A stretch of DNA of 58,431 nt, the filler included, from Sluysia triapertura (taxonomy: Eukaryota): assembly GCA_046118255.1 (NCBI GenBank). It is 4 parts of 4 records of this genome, joined end to end, with 100 filler letters (N's around TTAATTAATTAA, not from the genome) between each part and the next. Parts side by side here need not be neighbours in the genome. Positions count along the whole stretch, not along the records: positions 46,548 to 58,431 come from JBJNIA010160821.1; 3 more parts are not named here. One strand, written 5' to 3'. Position 1 is the stretch's first letter. Each line of letters starts with the position of its first letter. This document shows positions 52,320 through 58,431 of this stretch, one piece after another. The notes under the pieces were generated by a model. It saw only the letters and a list, made by a program, of their open reading frames with translations, searched no databases and was not told the DNA's origin. The position numbers and the translations under genes are program-made.

Positions 52320-54617
52320 TTATTCAAATCATTAATTTAAGACGACAAATTTACTAATTGTAAAAAATTTCTATTTAGTTCTTGAATGTTTATCTTTTTC
52401 AACCAATAAAATTTTGCTTTTTTGAAAACATTAAAAAATTTTATTGACTTATTGAGCAAATAATTTAAATAACGTAATAATAATAATGATAATAATAATA
52501 ATAATAATAATAAGCTAATATTTTTTAATGTTTCAGCAAATTTTTAAAGTTGGTTTTAGAAATTAATATTTTTTAATTATCTTTTAAAGTTTTTACTATA
52601 CGTATTTTATTTAGTGCATAATTTTAAAAATATTGTTTCAATGAAATTATCTTTGAACATTGTTAGTGATTTAATCGTTAAATATTATTATTAATTTAAA
52701 CATCGAATAGTTGTTCATAGTCGAATTATACATAAAATATTAGTTTGAAAATTATTATTGATTTATATTGATTTATATAAGAGGTCATAATAGATTATTA
52801 CAACATATGGACCCCGGATCAAGCAAAATGTCAACCAGACGATGACAAATGGTGTCTGTCAGTTATGGCCAAAGTGATAGAAAGATAGCAGTTACTATTT
52901 CGAGTGAAACGAATTTAAACCGAGTAGTTTTTATTGAATTATTATATGCATAACTTATGAATCAAGAAATGTGCTTTAAGATTATTTAATTTAGACACAT
53001 ATTCGTGAAAATATTCTCAGTATAAATTAAGAATATCATTCAAACAGTCAGGAGATGAACAGAAATCTATACGAGCATTTATCTTAAGTAATTTGGTCAT
53101 AATAAAGCCTTGCTTTAAATATAATAATGTCATATTTGTTTCTGAGACAATCTCAAGTGTTTATTTCGTCGCAATGGAAGTTATTTCTAAGTAAAACTTT
53201 AAATTTATAAATTGTGTTGAAGTTGCATTTTAAATAAACCGATTATTTACTTGTTTATACATATATATATGCATTTATAAGCCAGGAATTTATTTCAATT
53301 CCTATGTCAAATATTATAGGTCTTTTTTGGATCTGAACTTTTAAAGTCATTTGAAATTTAGCTTATTTCATAACAAAGTGCTTGATTTTATGTAATACTT
53401 TCGTAAGGGATGATTTAACCAAATAAAACATAAAAACAATAAAGTATTGAATGATTTATACATAAAAATTTAATTTTGTAAGGTAATTTATCAATACAAA
53501 CGCAGTTAAAATTATAACACTAACTTTGACGAGTAAATGGTATTGTGATGAACTTGGAGTTTTTAAAAATAATTAAAAACATTAAATATTTCTCTTGTCT
53601 TATGAATAAAGAATAAATATGGTGAGTTCACCAACGTCTCTAGACTTACTGGTTAAGGCTAGACTTTTGGATTTTTAAAAGCAAATAAGTGTAGGAGGTC
53701 AAATATTAAAGTTTCGATTTAGGTTGATATACTTAAATCAATTTTTGGGAATATATTTCTTTTAAATATTATAGGGTTAAAAGTTTATTATTATTAATGT
53801 GGATTTTACAAGGAATCGTTAAAATGATTCAAAAAATGAATTATTTTATGTGGTCAATAAAGTTAGACGAAAATACAAGATAGGTATTAATTTTACTTCT
53901 TTTAAAACTATAAATTTTATTATGATTAATAAATAGTCAAATGTTATCACTAAAGTGTATTATTAACAGAATTATGCTACAACGGAATTAATACAATAAT
54001 TAATAAATTATAAATTACAAAATTAACTGTTCTGAGTTAATAAACAGTGATTTTAACAAATATTTTGTGTTAGAACTTTAAATAGTTCTACAATTTGACA
54101 ATATTCTTAGAAATATGAAAGAATATATTTACTATTAAATAAAATTTTCTCTTCTTCTTGCTCTATCTAGCCATTTTCGTATTCCTCTATGCAATTCTTC
54201 ACATTGTATTGAATAATTATTTTTTCATAATAATAATCATAAATCAAACGAGTTTTTAACTGTATTGCGTGAAAACAGCATTGTTTTTAGATTCATGGTT
54301 CCATATTCATTCGATTGAAGAATTCTTTTCATTGATTAAAGCAAAATATAATTCTGTAAAGATAGTCGATTCGTGTCTTACAATTAAAGAGTCTCTAGGT
54401 CACATTTTATCACCATGTAGCAATTATTCAATACACTGTGAAGGATTCTATAGAAATATGAGAACTAAAGAAATATAATCTTTTATAAATATAAATATAA
54501 TCTTTTATATATATAAATATAATCTTTTATATTTCTAATACTATTTGTCAACTTTTATGTTTTTCAAAAAATTATTTCGATGGATACGTGGATTTGTGCC
54601 GTTCAAACATTTTTTGG

Positions 54618-54865
54618 TGTTGGGTTGTCATCAGAACCCCATAAAATATCATAACACTTTAAGATTATTTAAAATCACTTAAAAATCAATTAAAATCATT
54701 TAAAAATTTTATTTTCCAAAATAGAGAATTTTTTCCCCCAAAAGAAATTATTTTTCAAGAAATGAAAATAAAATTTCGAAAAAAGAAAATTCGCTTCTAA
54801 AAATAGAATAGAAGCTTTTAGAATGTTCATTGGCTGATTAATCGTATATAAACTAGCATCAGTTT
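54618..54865 (+). repeat. Type-B LTR-like promoter block
   Basis: TGTTGGGTTGTCATCAGAACCCC..aagaaaattcgcttctaaaaatagaa..ATTGGCTGA..gtatataaactagcatca; matches the 18296 and 21855 copies. Confidence 0.65.
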
Positions 54866-55276
54866 AATGAAATTCGCCTTTTTGAAAATGTTGTATATTA
54901 AGTGATTGTTTATAAAGTTTTGTATAAAATTTGTAGTATAATTGATAATTTTCATTAATATTATTTAAATTAATTACAAGATTTGCATTTGCATACTGTA
55001 TATAATTTAAGATTTTAGCAAAGAACGGAAAAATATACAAAAGTTTATTAAACTTTATAAAAACATATAAAATTTTATTATTTTTAATATTTTTTAATAC
55101 TACAAGCTGGATCCTGCATACGATCTTCACATTACTATGTTGTGCACCTAAAAAATAAACACAATTTATAAAGTTAAGATTGTGCATAAAATTAAGAGTT
55201 ACTTGTCGTTCGCTTCGATTATGTTTATTCTCCACACCTCTAGAAATTCGTACCAGAAGGTCTTTTAAAAGTCCGT

Positions 55277-55948
55277 TTATTCTAGAAGATTGCCAATTAC
55301 ATATATTGTGTGAGCGTATGGACATAGGATTCCGTTCTTAATACATAAACCACATTTGTCGGTATGAAATGGACAAATTGCTATCAATATTGCTTTAGAC
55401 TCATCACATTTGTAATAAGCATTATTGATGTATTGAACTTTAACATTAAAAAAATTATCTTTAAAATCATAATTATTGGTATTATAATTTTTATTTTCAA
55501 AAGTATAGTTATCATTATGATTATCATGGTTTATGGGTTTAAGATTATAGTTATTATAATTCACATCATTGATATGGTAACTTTCAACTTTAAGATTAAT
55601 GTATTTATAATCATATTTATCATATCTTTTAACTTTAATGTTAACTTTGTAGTAATCATCATAGTTGTCGTAACTTTTAACTTTAAGGTTATCGTCTTGG
55701 TAGTAATCATCACTGTTGACATAATTTTTAACTTTAAAACTAATGTATTTATAATCATAGTTATCATATCTTCTAACTTTAAGATTAAAATATTTATACT
55801 CATCATTATCATATCTTTTAACTTTAAGATTAATGTATTTATAATCATCGTTATCATATCTTTTAACTTTAAGTTCATAATCATTATTATGAGTTTTAAC
55901 TTTAAGATCATCATCGTTGTTATGACCTCTAAATTTTATACAATACAT
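55277..55948 (-). CDS. Tandem-repeat protein with C-terminal CCCH zinc finger
   Basis: Open 223-aa ORF with about 9 imperfect (L)KVKRYDNxDYKYIN repeats, then ICPFHTDKCGLCIKNGILCPYAH (C-x9-C-x6-C-x3-H). Confidence 0.65.
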   Translation of the reverse strand: MYCIKFRGHNNDDDLKVKTHNNDYELKVKRYDNDDYKYINLKVKRYDNDEYKYFNLKVRRYDNYDYKYISFKVKNYVNSDDYYQDDNLKVKSYDNYDDYYKVNIKVKRYDKYDYKYINLKVESYHINDVNYNNYNLKPINHDNHNDNYTFENKNYNTNNYDFKDNFFNVKVQYINNAYYKCDESKAILIAICPFHTDKCGLCIKNGILCPYAHTIYVIGNLLE

Positions 55949-56554
55949 AAATAAATTTTAATTGCGTAGCTTGTAATTGAAATTGCAATGAATTGAACAA
56001 TTTTAGTTAAATTGTAATATTGAGAGATTACAATATAATTGTAGAAATAGTGATTAAAATTGAGCTCAGATAATCATAAATTGTGATCGCTTAAAAATTG
56101 TGAAATTACTCTGTGTATAAGTGTTAACTTTTGTTAATGATATGTAGAAATTCTTTCTGGTTGGGTAGCTAGTAGATGAATAAAAATTATAATTTAACAA
56201 TTGACGAGTGAACCACTATCAGTGGCGACATTGATTGTCATTGTAAATCAATGTAGTCACCATTGGTAGTGGTAGTTACGAAATAATTCATTATTTTACT
56301 TGACAATGAAATTAATAAAATTAAAAAAAAGGTGATAACAAAATGTTATTATTATTATTATTATCGATATGGGAATTATGTTCTGGGCCCATTTTATAAT
56401 GTAAATTTTATAGTACTGGTTTGCGAGCGAATACATTATACAGTTTGATTTAATAATTACTTTGTTAATTAAAATTTTACATTTGATCCTCATGCAAAGA
56501 AGGTTTAGACATATGGTTATAATTGTGATGCAAGGTAAAGTTGAGAGCGCATTA

Positions 56555-57847
56555 TCAGATAGAGTAAGGAGCATTACAAGTCGGAAGCAAAAATGAAAAT
56601 ACGATAAAGTAATTGTATTTAATATAGCGTGATTTAAGAATTAGTATTCTACAGTCTAGCATGTTATTACCTTCAACCAAAAGAATTCCTGGGACTATCT
56701 TAGATTCTTTAATAAAATAACAGTAATTAATATTATTATTATTGTGATGATTTGTAATTATCAATTCTTTTGAATTTTGGGTCTTATTATACTTATTTTT
56801 TATAATCTGGTCATTTGAAATGACAAAATATTTATTTATTAAAAATACATCTACACAAAATTTAAATGAATCAAGAATTTCGTAATACATCAAGTTTTTA
56901 TTTAAAGGATTTACATTGACAATATGAACATTGTGAAAACCTTCCAATCTGGTCGCCCGTCGTTCTATCATCCATTCTAAAATTGGTTTAACTAAAAAAC
57001 AATGATATAAATAATTAAATTCATAACTAACAGAAAAAACAATTAGTTTTACAAGATAATAAATACTAATGTTGGCCGAAAGAAAATGGAACCAATTAAT
57101 TCTGTGAATGTATAATTTCTTGTTCACATTAATCGTCTTTTCTACGTCTGTATCCTTAGATAAATAAATCTGAAGCACACCGTTCACATTAACTTTATAA
57201 TTATTTAGGTTACATCTATTTTGATTCAACGTGGCTAGTAATTTTTGTTTGTTCCAAGTTTCGTTTACATTACTTAAACTTAACATCATATCGGGATTTC
57301 TAATAATATGAAATGTTTCATCTACATTAAGTACCAATAAGTTACAAAACATTTCTTGAATCGCAACGAATTTATTGTAATTTGCATCATACTTTATCAA
57401 ACAAACTTTATAATCTAATTTACTTGATTTATCCATCAGGATGGAATCTAATTCATCAATATAATTTGTATACATATCCTCAGTGTTATTAAATTTGAAG
57501 TTTCGAGCTGAAATTCTTGCAATACTAATTAACAAAATATGTTCACTACCGTAAACTAATAAGTTGAATTTATTAATCGCATTCCTTGAATATTCATAAC
57601 TACTGTAGACTGATCGACGGTAATCTTCATTATTAGACGATTCATTAATTTCGCTATTTACTTTAAACATACAATGAGTAATGTTTTCAAGCATGCTTGA
57701 TCGGTTCACTAATTTTAAATGTTCTATCATTTCGTAAATTACGTATTCAATTGCTTCTTCTGTCTCATTTGCCTGATTTTCGTTTTTTAATGTCATTATT
57801 CGTCTGGAATCGAGAAATATTTGTCTGGCGAATTTAATTACGCCCAC
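56555..57847 (-). CDS. 430-aa intronless orphan protein
   Basis: Longest ORF in the window and uninterrupted in very AT-rich DNA. No recognisable motif. The first in-frame ATG is at MTLKNENQ. Confidence 0.65.
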   Translation of the reverse strand: MGVIKFARQIFLDSRRIMTLKNENQANETEEAIEYVIYEMIEHLKLVNRSSMLENITHCMFKVNSEINESSNNEDYRRSVYSSYEYSRNAINKFNLLVYGSEHILLISIARISARNFKFNNTEDMYTNYIDELDSILMDKSSKLDYKVCLIKYDANYNKFVAIQEMFCNLLVLNVDETFHIIRNPDMMLSLSNVNETWNKQKLLATLNQNRCNLNNYKVNVNGVLQIYLSKDTDVEKTINVNKKLYIHRINWFHFLSANISIYYLVKLIVFSVSYEFNYLYHCFLVKPILEWMIERRATRLEGFHNVHIVNVNPLNKNLMYYEILDSFKFCVDVFLINKYFVISNDQIIKNKYNKTQNSKELIITNHHNNNNINYCYFIKESKIVPGILLVEGNNMLDCRILILKSRYIKYNYFIVFSFLLPTCNAPYSI

Positions 57848-57909
57848 TCTAGTTGTAAGTAGTAAAAATTTTCAATTGTGATCTATCTGTTGTTCTCTAA
57901 TTAGTATAT

Positions 57910-58067
57910 CCAATCAGAGCAACTTTTAATGAAGTAAGACATAGACGCTCTGATTGAGTTGTTAGTTGTGGTTACGTGATGTTATTTTTAGCATCTAGAC
58001 ATATTTTTGTAGCTTGCCCAATCAGAGTGTTTTTAGCATTATGAGAACAACCTGGACTCTGATTTGG
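57910..58067. promoter_or_regulatory. Cluster of CCAAT-box-like (AATCAGAG) sites in two inverted pairs
   Basis: ccaatcagag (57910), gctctgattg (57947), ccaatcagag (58018) and actctgattt (58056), directly upstream of the 430-aa ORF. Confidence 0.5.
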
Positions 58068-58431
58068 CGATAGTATAGTGAATTCTAATTTGAATTACTA
58101 ACCATCATTATCAGTAGTGATGTGCAGGTGAGAATGAATTAAGTGTCACTACTGATGATGGTGACGACAAAGTTGAATTAAATTAATTTTTTATGAAAAT
58201 GATTAACAATAATAACGACAGTAATAATGATGAAAATAATAATAATAAAAACAATATTAATAATAATAAAGTGATAAAATTCTTGCCGTTATTATTGTTA
58301 TAAAACTTTTAATAAAAATGAAGAAAAAATACATAAAGTCTTATAATTCTGTACACATGATCTTTTCTGTTGTGATCTTTATTCTCTTACATATCAGATG
58401 ATAATAAAATAAGAGATGAACAATGCGAATG

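Noticed and set aside
55364-55954. 196-aa hydrophobic plus-strand ORF as a membrane protein
   Set aside because: It is the antisense reading of the tandem repeat; the minus frame carries the conserved CCCH finger.

Overview
Very AT-rich, repeat-laden animal (metazoan) genomic DNA. It is four contig pieces joined by 100-bp N44-TTAATTAATTAA-N44 spacers (16311-16410, 31121-31220, 46448-46547), so contiguity across the spacers is not assured. Host genes are spliced fragments with introns as short as about 40-60 bp: a Rab1/Rab8-class GTPase (3 exons, C-terminus missing), the 3' part of an LNX-type PDZ protein, the catalytic 3' half of a PDE4/dunce phosphodiesterase, an isolated PDZ-like exon and a small secreted PAN/apple-like protein. 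Ordinary decayed transposons are present (Tc1, mariner, Tigger/pogo, piggyBac- and hAT-type MITEs, a gypsy-like gag). The main unexplained structure is a family of LTR-like cassettes carrying intronless orphan genes. (i) An unrecognised protein family of roughly 370-560 codons ('ORF-X') occurs in three highly diverged copies (4553-5700, 9009-10688, ~37800-38920), each followed by GAC(A/C)AAT..purine tract..TG, which looks like a PPT/LTR junction. (ii) Two homologous atypical CCCH zinc-finger genes. (iii) A retropepsin with no adjacent RT or integrase, followed by an env-like type-I membrane protein with a PPxY motif. (iv) A conserved, partly covarying hairpin about 250-400 bp upstream of several of these ORFs. 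My inference is a complex, accessory-gene-rich, possibly multipartite or non-autonomous endogenous retrovirus-like system. No RT or integrase is visible in the window, and all alignments were done by eye.
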